Position numbers and translations under genes: made by a program
Shown: positions 10,701 through 22,700 of the stretch, one piece after another
Layout of the letters: each line of letters opens with the position of its first letter
How positions within the stretch are numbered: the first letter of the stretch is position 1
The notes under the pieces: generated by a model
The model's input: only the letters and a program-made list of their open reading frames with translations
Database searches by the model: none
What the model was told of the DNA's origin: nothing
Assembly (NCBI GenBank): GCA_977030845.1
Contig: OZ365117.1
Span: 5,704,001 to 5,768,000, forward strand
DNA from: Fimbriosthenelais zetlandica
Taxonomy: Eukaryota
DNA: 64,000 bases
Direction: 5' to 3'

Positions 10701-13700
10701 AGGGTTTGAGACGATGGAGCACTGTCATCTGTGTACAGCTGGCTGGTACTGTGACGCGCCTGGTCTGGCCACACCTCGAGCTCCTTGTGATCCTGGTTAC
10801 ATCTGTTATGGCGGCTCATCAACATCAGCCCCGGTAGATGGTGAGACCGGCGAACTCTGCCCCGCCGGCGCCTACTGTCCTCTTGGTGAGTCGATTAACA
10901 CTAATTTCAGGGGCGGGTCCAGTATTTTTCCCAAATGGGGCGCCGGGTTAGGGTTAAGTTTAACCCTATCCCTATGGTTAGCGTTTTACCTCGGGTTAGG
11001 TTTAACACTTTGCTTAAAACCTAGGCTAATAAAAATAGGAGAGATTCCCCTGCGCCCCCCCCCCCCTAAATCCTCGCAGAATTTAGATCTGCAAATTTAG
11101 TTTTCCATGTTTTCTAAAATAATTTGAAATCTCTTTTATCAGGAGCTACATATCTTCGTCCATGCCCAATTGGGACCTACAGTAATACAACAGGAGCCTG
11201 GAACAAGGATGACTGTACGCCCTGTGACATTGGTTATTACTGTAATGGTATTTCTAATGGTGCGCCTACAGGTCTGTGCTATGGTGGATATTTCTGTAAC
11301 GAGACCGGCTCAGACACACCGAGAAAATACCCCGCATTACCAGGTATGGTTCACCGTCATTGCAATTATACATTTTTATTGTGAAAAAAACATAGCCTTT
11401 ATCGCAGTAATGTCACAAGCAAAATCACAGCAGTGGGGTGCTGGTTTTCCTAGCTAAACCATAGACAGTTCTTGCTAGGTGTCCCTTTCAATCTAGCCAG
11501 GGCAATGGTAAGGTTGGTGAGTAGAAAATCTATATCTTTGACTGTTTTTTATAGGGTACTATGCACCAAATGGATCCATATCTCAGATAGAGTGTGACGT
11601 GGGAACATACAACCCACTGTCACTGCAGTCAGAGTGTAGTGTTTGTGAACTCGGCTGGTACTGTGATGAGAAAGCTCTGGTTGACCGCAAGATCTGTCCC
11701 GCCGGAAAATACTGCGGTCATCCCAACGGTACCATCGTCCCTACTGACTGTCCACCCGGCACCTACAGCAATCTGTAAGTAACTTCTGTCTTTACCTTTT
11801 GGGACAGAAATAGGATTTGGGCAGGGTGCCAGCTCATTGAGGGAGTTAGCTCAGTAGGTTAGAGCACCAGCTCATTCAGGGAGTAAGCTCGGTAGGTGAG
11901 AGCACCAGCTCATTCAGGGAGTTAGCTCAGTAGGTGAGAGCACCAGCTCATTCAGGGACTTAGCTCAGTAGGTGAGAGCACCAGCTCATTCAGGGACTTA
12001 GCTCAGTAGGTGAGAGCACCAGCTCATTCAGGGAGTTAGCTCAGTAGGTGAGAGCACCAGCTCATTCAGGGACTTAGCTCAGTAGGTGAGAGCACCAGCT
12101 CATTCAGGGACTTAGCTCAGTAGGTGAGAGCACCAGCTCATTCAGGGTGTTAGCTGAGAGCACCAGCTCATTGAGGGAGTTAGCTCAGTAGGTGATAGCA
12201 CCAGCTCATTCAGGGTGTTAGCTGAGAGCACCAGCTCATTCAGGGTGTTAGCTGAGAGCACCAGCTCATTGAGGGACTTAGCTCAGTAGGTGAGAGCACC
12301 AGCTCATTCAGGGTGTTAGCTGAGAGCACCAGCTCATTCAGGGAGTTAGCTCAGTAGGTGAGAGCACCAGCTCATTGAGGGACTTAGCTCAGTAGGTGAG
12401 AGCACCAGCTCATTGAGGGAGTTAGCGCAGTAGGTGAGAGCACCAGCTCATATTAGCTTATACTCCACAAAACTCATGCTGAAGTCTGTATTTTATTCTT
12501 GTCAGTTCTTGATTCTTACTTTTAGAACCATGCTTTACGATGAGAATCAGTGCATCGATTGCCCGCCTGGATACTACTGTCAAAATCGCGGTGACACAAA
12601 ACCCACGGGCTTGTGTTTGGCAGGTCACATCTGCTACCAGCGGGCCCTCAATAACGATCCCGTCTACAACACCAACACATCTGATGGTAAAGTGGTCGTC
12701 ACGTATGGGGATCTGTGTCATGCGGGTCATTGGTGTCCTGAGGGCACCACATTCATGAGACCCTGCCCTGTCGGGACGTATCAACCTAACCGTCGTGGGA
12801 TTAGCGAGTCTGACTGTCTCTCCTGTGAGGCGGGCATGTACTGTAACACCACCGGTCTGGCTGCTGTCACAGGTGAGTAAAATTGGTTTTAATTGTTTTT
12901 GTTCTTGTTTTTTTTTCGTTTTTTATGAGATATCGCAGTAAATTACATTAAGTTTTTAGCTTGGTTGTTTCAGTGGTTTGTTTGGAGGACAATTTCTGTA
13001 TCATCTATATTGCTTTCACCAAAATCCGACCACCACCTTAAACTGTTCNNNNNNNNNNNNNNNNNNNNNNNNNNNNNNNNNNNNNNNNNNNNNNNNNNNN
13101 NNNNNNNNNNNNNNNNNNNNNNNNNNNNNNNNNNNNNNNNNNNNNNNNNNNNNNNNNNNNNNNNNNNNNNNNNNNNNNNNNNNNNNNNNNNNNNNNNNNN
13201 NNNNNNNNNNNNNNNGCCAGCTTCAGTCTGACTGATATACATATATACATACCTGTTTGTTAGGAGCCTGCTCAGCTGGGTATTACTGTAGCGGTCGTGC
13301 CTGGCAAGCTGAACCCAATGATAACGCCACGACTGGTGACATCTGTCCTCAGCATCACTTCTGTCCTGAGGGTGCCTCGGAACCACGGCCGTGCGCCATT
13401 GGGTAAGAACTCCATCTTGTTACAAACAAAAAACTAACTAACAAACTTAAACCTGGGATAATTTTGGGTGGATTCTGGGTTAAATGTTTTGACCAATTGT
13501 TCACTAAATGTTGCTCTTTCATGGCGGTTTTACTCCATTTCATTTCTTGTTTCAGATACATGGCTAACATGACCGGACTGAGTCAGTGTGAACTTTGCAC
13601 GGCAGGTTTTCTCTGTCTGCCAGGGGAAGCCCCAAGAATCTGTAAAACAGGTGAGCTGGAAATCCCATCTTTATCAAATTTAACGTTAAATCACCATTTA

Positions 13701-16700
13701 TTCTTTCTCAAATTTGTGTTCTATTCCCAAATAGTCCACTTGATATTGAAGGTATTTTTTTATTTCAGGTCATTATTGCCCGGCCAGTACTGTGAGCTTC
13801 CCCCGCACTCTGCCCGTACCCTGCCCAACCGGAACCTTTAATAACCTTACAGGTCTGAAACAGGAAAGTGACTGTACAACTTGTGCCCCGGGCAAATACT
13901 GCTTCTCTCCAGGTGAATTTATTTATTCAGTTGAGAATTATATACTATAATATATTGGACCCTACCTTGGTAGATTAGCTCCTTATGATGCATCTCCACC
14001 AATGTTTTTGTTGTACGTCTCTTTTTTCTCAAGGGTTATTCAGCGGTGGAGCTCTGATTTTGCTACAGTCGCAAGGATCGCAAGGGCATCCATGGGACCC
14101 TTGCGACTTGGCGGCGACATCTAAATATTCAGATATATGGTCACTAATAATGTATGTGCCATTCTAGCTAAGTCCAGAAGTCACAATGAAAAGACTTCCA
14201 AGATAGAGAGAGAAAGAGACAGTGAAAGTGACAAATCACTTGGCACTCGATTGAGCTCCACCATTGACAATTATTGGGTATATTTTCACAGGTTTGGTAG
14301 AACCAGAAGGCGACATTGCACCAGGATTCTGGTCCACCCAGGGCTCCACCACACCTGAACCAGCCAACGATGACAGTACAGTACTTGGTCAATGTCCGCG
14401 TGGATTCTACTGCCCCGCCGGCAGTGTCCTGCCCACCCCTTGCCCTGCGGGTACCTACGGCTTTGGTTGGATGTTGCCAGCAGTCAGTAGGTGCACTCAG
14501 TGTCCACAGGGTCAGTTCTGCCCCATGACCAATATGACCAGTGCTGGGGGTGACTGTGATGCGGGATATTACTGTTCATTGGGATCACCAGTACAAGCTC
14601 CCGTCAATGCTACCTATGGTGATATATGTCCACCTGGTAAGATACCAATTCATTACTTTTATCCTTCATTTGTTTGTTTGTTAAACATTTTATTGAGTGT
14701 TCAAATGGAATACCCATCAGGCATAAAGCCTGGTTTCCATGGGCATCCAGGTTTACATGTATATAGTCAAATTCAATACTAGTGGAAATAATTTTTTTGA
14801 TTTCATTGATTTCTTTGCAGTGGATAACCTGCTATGTTGTGCCTTTTTGACCCTTGGTGCACAATAACCCCTTTGCAGAAACTTATGATCGTATCTCATT
14901 TTTATGATCTTATCTCATTTTTATGATCTTATGAGATGAGACACTGTTAGGAGACTTATCCCTGCCATGGCTCCTGGTCCCACCCTAGTTCTGTCAACAG
15001 AGGGACAGGCTGTCCCCTGTCAACATTTCCAGATCCCAGCACCATCATCTATGATTATTCTTGAATCCACAGGTCACTATTGCCCCGTGAAAAGTGGTTA
15101 CCCGAGGCCCTGTGGGGAGGGCACGTTTCAGACTGAGGTCGGGCAATCTAACTGTGAGACCTGTACTGCTGGGAATTACTGCCCTGAAGGCTCAGCGTCA
15201 CCTGTTCCCTGCCCCGCTGGTTTCTTCTGTCTGGCCAATCAAGGACAGAACGACACCAACCCATGTCCTACGGGCAAGTACAGTAACATTACAGGACGGA
15301 GCTCAGTGTCAGAATGTCTCGACTGTCCCCCTGGGTGAGTACATGCCAAACATTAAATTGTCTTGATGCCTTTTTCAGAACAAGCAGTGTTAATTTCTTC
15401 GTCTTCAGTAGATTTTCCCTTCTGAAACCCTTGATATCCTGTCAAAGCTGTCACAATCACAATGCCTTATCCAACAGTGCAGGCCTGAGGTTTTGATGGA
15501 TTTTAGAATAGGCTGTCTTTATTTCTTCAGTGAATTTCCCTTCTGAAACCCTTTAGATCAATCATCCTAAGAGCTGCCTTCAGCCTTAAGACAAACATTA
15601 AGCCTTCAGTAAGCCTCAGAAGATAAGGATATAACTGTTAGGTTTTAAAAGACTACTTCTGACTTTCTGAATGACTCTCTCTTTCTCCAGGTTCTATTGC
15701 GGCACAACAGGCTTGTACGAACCCACCGGTCCCTGTAGCCCTGGTTGGTACTGCACTCTGGGTGCTCAGTTTACCACTCCCATCAACTCTAACCAGGGTG
15801 GGCGGTGTCAGCCGGGTAGTTTCTGCCCCGGTGGGAGTGCTGAACCTACTCCTTGTTCACCGGGTCAGTATTGTCAAGATGAAGGCCTGGAGGCGCCTAA
15901 TGGTAACTGCTCCAGGGGTTACTACTGCTGGCTGGGTGCGAGCTCAGCCTCCCCTCAAGGCGACGACACTGGTATGTTCTCTATACTTCTTAGCCATTTA
16001 CTACGTTCTCTTATAGGCTGATCCACAAGATGCAGGTTTAGTGGGGGCGCAGGTGGCGCCCCTCCCCATTCTTTGATGGCTAACGTAACCCTAAACCTAG
16101 GTTTTAAGCCTAGGGTTAATCCTAAGCCTAGGTTTAGTGTTGAAAGCAGAGTGACAGCAATGTCAGTCTCATCATTTCAAGCCTTTATAACCTGTGACAT
16201 TGCAAGAAAGGCAGTGCTCGGTCTCGGTGTATGGACCAACCACATTATTCTATTGGTAGGACTCCACTGCACCGCAAGTCACTTGCGGCCGTCTTGCGGC
16301 TGTACTTGTTCTATTTTTTCTGCGGGTGTTGATGTCCTTGCGGTGCTTGCGGTATTATATTATATTATATAATATATATTATTATATTGCGGTATGCATA
16401 TTGAAGTCCTGTGGTCCTCTGCACTAAAAGGGGTGCCTTGCACTATTCCTCTTTGAGATCCTGTCAATCTGATGGTCTTGCTTGGTGTATTCTCTTCATT
16501 ATAGGTAAAATATGCTATATGATACAATCCTATGTCCTCTGGCCTTCTGCCCTCACTGACACTTCTTTCTAGATCCTATATAAACTGATGTTCTTGCTTT
16601 GTTTATCTAGGTGGACCCTGCCCTATGGGTAGTTACTGTGATCCTGGCAGTACAAACGGCACAGGTTGCCCACCAGGGACCTTCCTCAACGTGACGGGAG

Positions 16701-19700
16701 GAGAGACAGTGTCTGACTGCTTTGATTGTACTTCCGGTTCATACTGTGCGGGATACGGCAATGTGGCGCCCTCTGGACTGTGTGCTGGAGGCTACTACTG
16801 CCCTAGTGGGATGGTCACTTCATCCCCTCCACTATATGTCTGTCCACAAGGTGAGTGACCATTGAATTAATAGATAAACCTGACCGATGGTAGGTCTGTA
16901 TGGTAGTATGTCCCTGGGCTGAGGTGATGTTGCAGGGGTGCAAGCCAAGGGCATACCAGACCCTCAGCCCCAGGGACATGCCACCTTTCCAGATCTTCCA
17001 GAGTTCTATATTTATCTCTCCTGAAACCAGAGGTGAAATGTTTCATAATTCAAGGCCCCAATCGTCACATTTTCGATGCCTCTTTCCCCTGTGTTACCTA
17101 TCTTGCATTTATCTGAAGTCTTCAAAGCTCAAACCTCAGCCCTTGTCTCCAGACAACTTAAATAATATATAAGAAGAGGCTTAAATGACATTAAACCACC
17201 ATTCCAACACAAAATCGCAAGAAATGTTTTGTTTTTTAGGTCATTTTTGTGCTGAGGGAAGCATCGAGCCAGTGAGGTGTGACTCGGGAACGTTCCAGGA
17301 TGAGACTCAGCAGGCAGCGTGCAAGCCGTGTCCTGAAGGCTTCTACTGTGATAACACATACCAACCAGTGGTTCTCTACAATAGCAGCTACTGCCCTGAA
17401 GGTTAGCTATTAGAATTAAACATCGTTTTCGTTAAAATGCTTTCAGAAAGATCATGAGTTCTTGAAAACCTCACACCATGATTGACATGTCCGTAAATTT
17501 GTGTCTCTTTTTGAACGGTTTCTTGTTTGGATAGTAGATTTGTTGTTCCCTAAAGATGATTGTTTTCATGCCAATTTGTCTCTGAATTCAGGATGTTTTT
17601 CTGGAAGCCTGTTTGATAACTCTTGAAGATGGCATTTTCATGGCCGTTTGTCTCTGATTTTAGGTTTCTATTGCCCTCTTGGTACCAAGTATCCTACAGA
17701 ATACCCATGTCCTCGCGGGTCATACGGTAACTATATCGGCATGCAGAACATGACTGACTGCCAGGCCTGTCCTGCTGGATTCTACTGTGATGCGGACGCC
17801 CTGACCAACTACACCAAGACCTGCACAGCTGGGTTAGTTAATACACTTCTTAGAATCCCGAAAACAGAAACCAAAACTTTAGATGTCCTTACAGTCTGTT
17901 CACTCAAAGTTGATCCAAAACCACCATACATTTGTACTGTGGGTTCGGATCAACTTAGAGTAAACAGACAATAGCTCTCGCACAACTGGAGAACCTTCAG
18001 TCACACAATCTTAAAACCCCAACAAGACCCAAACTTTAAAAAACATATAGGATCATAACTGGACTTAGCTCTGGCACTCCAGTGACTGGAAAACCCTCGG
18101 GGACACAATTAAACGAAAACATTCTGTGAAAATTAATTATAATTTGAATATTTCAGATATTACTGCCGTTCATCGGCTGCTTCTGGCACACCGGATCAAG
18201 GCTATGAGGCAGATGAGTGTCCCACTGGTCACTACTGCCCAGAAGGTACAGCAGAACCCATGCAGTGTCCTATAGGTACCTTCAGTAATCAGACCAAACT
18301 GACCAGCGTAGACCAGTGCCTCAACTGTACTGCAGGTAATGTGACATCTTCGTAATTTATCTCTATATGCCACTGTATAATCTGCTGCCGCACCCCTAGG
18401 TAGCCCAGGTAGAAGTTGTAAATGGGATTGTAGCCCCACTGGGGTTCGTTTGCATTGCGAGGTATGCGATTTTATTGCGGCTAGCCCTTGTGGCAGACCT
18501 TTCTATGGTCCAGTGGAGCTTTTCACACATTGGTTATTTTCATTTGTACTTTTGACAGGTTATTATTGTGCCAGCAGTGGCCTGTCATTGCCATCTGGGA
18601 GCTGCTACGCTGGATACTACTGTCCTGAGGGAGCTGATGCTGCTACTCAAGTCATCTGTCCTAGCGGCTACTACTGTACTAACACCAGTACTGACCCCAC
18701 CCCCTGCCCACCAGGTCAGTCAGACTTAATTCATATAATACACTTTTTCACACTTGTGGCCCTTGTGATTTTATCATGCGGCTCTCTAGTTGCGGCTGGC
18801 CGTCCATGCGTCTTCAGATCTGATCGAAATTTTTGGATCAGACTGCACGAAATCATGCGGTTTGCGGTCCTTGCAGCCCTTGAATTTCGAATGGAAGATA
18901 CCAACCGCAATGACAGCAAAACCGCAATGATTCCCGCTCATATTTGTGATTTTTTAGCTTCATCTGTTAACAGCTTTTCTTGTTTTTTTTATCCAGGAAC
19001 CTATAACAATGTGACAGGTATAGGGTCAGAGGCTGAGTGCACTATTTGTCCAGGAGGGGAGTACTGTGAGGGTGATGCTAACACTCAGCCTACTGGAGTG
19101 TGTGTCGAAGGCTTCTTCTGCCCCCCAGGATCAAGTGAGAAAGAACCCCAGGATAATTTCTGCCCTGTAGGGAACTTCTGCCCAGCTGGCACCTCGCAGG
19201 CTTTACCATGCAGAAACAACAGCCATGTGAGAGTTTATTCATTGTATTATTTTAAACATTTGATTAAAAATCTCTTTTTTAAACTTCTGCACAATTTTAA
19301 AAAAAAAAGTGGTTAAATGCTCGCCATGTCTCCCACTGTCTGTGGTGAAAGGCATGTAAAAGGCCAGTCATGTCTCCCATTGTCTGTGATGAGAGGCATG
19401 TAAAAGGCTAGCCATGTCTCCAATTGTCTGTGCTGAAAGAACCACTGCTGCCTTTGTGTCATGTTATTGCCATCTATGTTAAGCAACCACTCACTCATAT
19501 CTGCATGTACAGTCTTTAGAAATAAGTATCTCCCCTTGTTCTTTATACAGGTGAACCACACCCATGCGGTCATGTGTGAACCATGCCCCTCCGGTCACTA
19601 CTGTGTCCTTGCTGGCCTGTCAGAGGACTGTCCAGCTGGCTATTACTGCCCAGCCGGTACCGGTCTGGACTGGCGGGCGTGTCCACGCGGTACTTACAGC

Positions 19701-22700
19701 AGTCTTACCGGTCTCTACGACCAGTCACAGTGTGAACCATGCCCTGCTGGGAAGTACTGTGGTGGAGAACATTTATCAGCGCCATCTGGTGAGGATTGAA
19801 GCTATTATACCCTGTCTTTAACCTTATTAATATGTTCCCCTCACGTAAATCGACTTAGGTCCCTAGTTTAGACCTTAGACGACTCCCAAAAGTGTACCAC
19901 CATCTGCTATTATTCAGGGATATCATTCTGTTAATAAAGATAGCTATGCATGCCAGTCATTTGGACCAATCTAAGGCCGTCCAAGAGGCTTTGATCCAGT
20001 CCAAAAGGGACCCACCATATGAAAGGAATATCTCCTATTCTATCCAGACTTTGCCCTTCATTCCACTGTCCTGAGGAAGCTCTCTCTATTTCCCTTTACC
20101 TGTATCTCGATGCCTCCATGTAGGGCTGCCCTAGCCTATATGATCAGCCCCTTCCAGGGTTACACAGACTCCACCCTTTTCCTGGAATAGGGATGGATAC
20201 TCTATCTATAATATGATATGACTTTCTTGCTTTTTTTCTCAGGTAATTGTTCGGCAGGCTATTGGTGTCAGTACGGCATTGACCGTCCTAATCCCGGTGG
20301 ACCCAACCAGACAGAACCTCTCAACAACACCTGTTATGATGACCGGCCTGTGGGTAAGGGAGGGGTGTGTTCTGTAGGACATTACTGCGAGGAAGGCAGC
20401 TCCTACCAAACACCATGTGATAACGGAACGTACGCTGATGTGGAAGGACTAGCAGCTTGCCTCCCTTGTCCTCAAGGTTTGTTTCTTTGCTATCCAGATT
20501 TCCATTTGATTTTCCCATTTCTCCAAGCTCTGAATCAGCCCAAGTTGCATGGGTCACAAGGCGTCCATTGGACCCCTTGGGACTACATCTGCAAGAGTCG
20601 CAAATCACTTGGGACTCGATGGAGCCTTATCGGCACCATAATGTTATTGCATATGATATTTACCCTTATTAGGCCCCCTTAACTACTGAGATAGACTTCA
20701 TTAAAGTTACAATGTATTGGTGAATTACCAATGTGAATTCTTCTGAATTTTGATAAGATTTTGGTCACGGGGCTTTAAACCTTGTAGTATGATTATATTA
20801 AAGGAGTTTGGGGACTGAGAAACACTGTTCTGAATGACTTATTGTTGTTGTAGGTTTCTGGTGCCCACGGCAGGCAGTGAACTACACTGAGAACCCATGT
20901 CCTGTTGGCTATGTGTGCCCTGAAGGCACCAAGTACTGGACAGACTACCCGTGTCCTGCTGGTACCTACAACAACCAGACCCAGCGCTACAACTCTGCTC
21001 TACACTGTACTCCATGTCCAGGTCTTTACTTATCTCATTTATTCATTCACTATTCATTCATTCATTCATTCATTCATTCATTCATTCATTCTTTATGGTT
21101 CATAAAGGTGGGACTCCACTGCTGCGACAGTTCTTGCGACACTACAGCGACAAAGGTTATGCTTGTATCGCAACAAAATTAATAATTTGAAGTGTCTAAG
21201 GCCTTAAGGAGGTCTTCCACTGAGTCAGTTCTCATTGCTACACCTGCATCACCTTTGTCGCTGTAGTGTCGCAAGCACTGTCGTAGCAGTAGAGTCTCAC
21301 ACTTAGAGTCTTCTGTTTTTCAATTTAAACTATATTTATCCATCTTTCAGCTGGTAAGTTTTGTAGTGAGGAGGGTCTCTCAGGGCCCTCTGGTGACTGC
21401 ATGGCTGGGTACTACTGTTCGGCCGGTGCCGTGGTGGACGCCCCCACTGATCGTACCACTGGAGACTACTGCAGGGCGGGTCATTACTGTCCTGCTGCCT
21501 CAGCCTTCCCTGTACCCTGCTCACCTGGGGATTACTGTAATGCTGATTACCTGAATGGTACCTCAGGCCAGTGTGACCCGGGCTATTACTGTCATTCATA
21601 CGCTATTGTTCCAAATCCTGATGACAACAATGCTACAGGTTAGTACCCTTACTAGTCTTGGTTTCTTGAGTGTGTTTTTACTAGTTTGCCTTTGTTAATG
21701 TTGCAGTCCTTTGTTAGTGTATTTCCTAAAAGCTGCAGTCCAGGGGGACCAAACTTTGTTCCTGAACTGTGCCTCTTAGTGCTGATACAAAATGTATGGA
21801 AGTGTTCATGGTGTTTATCTTTGTGTACCAGTACTGGGTCTAAACTGTTGGCTGTATGGAAGTGTACCCTAATTAGCAGGGGCTGTATACAACACCTCAA
21901 GAACTATAAGTTCTAAAATCTGGGATGTTCACTAAGGATTTCTCTTAATCTGTGTTTTTAGGGGGACCATGTCCTATGGGAGCCTACTGCCCGTCTGGCA
22001 GTGCCTCGCCCATCCTCTGTTCGTCGGGATACTACCTGAACAGTACTAGGAACAGTGATGTATCTGACTGTGTACTGTGCTCGCCTGGCATGTACTGTGC
22101 TGGCGCTGGTAATGAGGAACCTGATGGTCCATGTGCTGCGGGCTGGTACTGTCCACTGGGAACTGATGATCCCAGACCGACTGGATACAACTGTACCCAA
22201 GGTAAATGTTACTTATATTTGACCAGTTCAATTTGACCTGTAAAAAAGTTTGAAAAATCACCAAAATTTTATTTCATTCCAATTGACTTTAAATCATCTC
22301 AGGTAGTCTGTGGGGTGTTCTAGAGTAGGTGCAAGTGATTTTTGATTGGTATTGATAAAGTTGGGAAATGGAAGAAATTTCGATTTCTTGAACAGGTCGG
22401 GACCTGTAAAAAAGTTTGAAAAATCACCAAAATTTTATTTCTTACCAATTGACTTTAAATCATCTCAGGCAGTCTGTGGGGTGTTCTAGAGTAGGTGCAA
22501 GTGATTTTTGATTGGTATTGATAAAGTTGGGAAATGGAAGAAATTTTAATATCTTGAACAGGTCGGGACCTGTAAAAAAGTTTGAAAAATCACCAAAATT
22601 TTATTTCATTCCAATTGACTTTAAATCATCTCAGGCAGTCTGTGGGGTGTTCTAGAGTAGGTGCAAGTGATTTTTGATTGGTATTGATAAAGTTGGGAAA

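Noticed and set aside
10940-11030. Interstitial telomere
   Set aside because: Only scattered degenerate TTAGGG units inside a dispersed element. The single TTTAGGG per unit at 28491-28801 is likewise incidental.
11828-12451. tRNA gene cluster or CRISPR array
   Set aside because: No anticodon arm, T-arm or B box; units are head-to-tail with no unique spacers; eukaryotic intron context.
12587-12595. RGD motif (CQNRGDTKPTGLC)
   Set aside because: A single RGD in >7,000 Gly-rich residues is expected by chance, and the G occupies a conserved repeat position. Worth revisiting only if conserved in orthologues.
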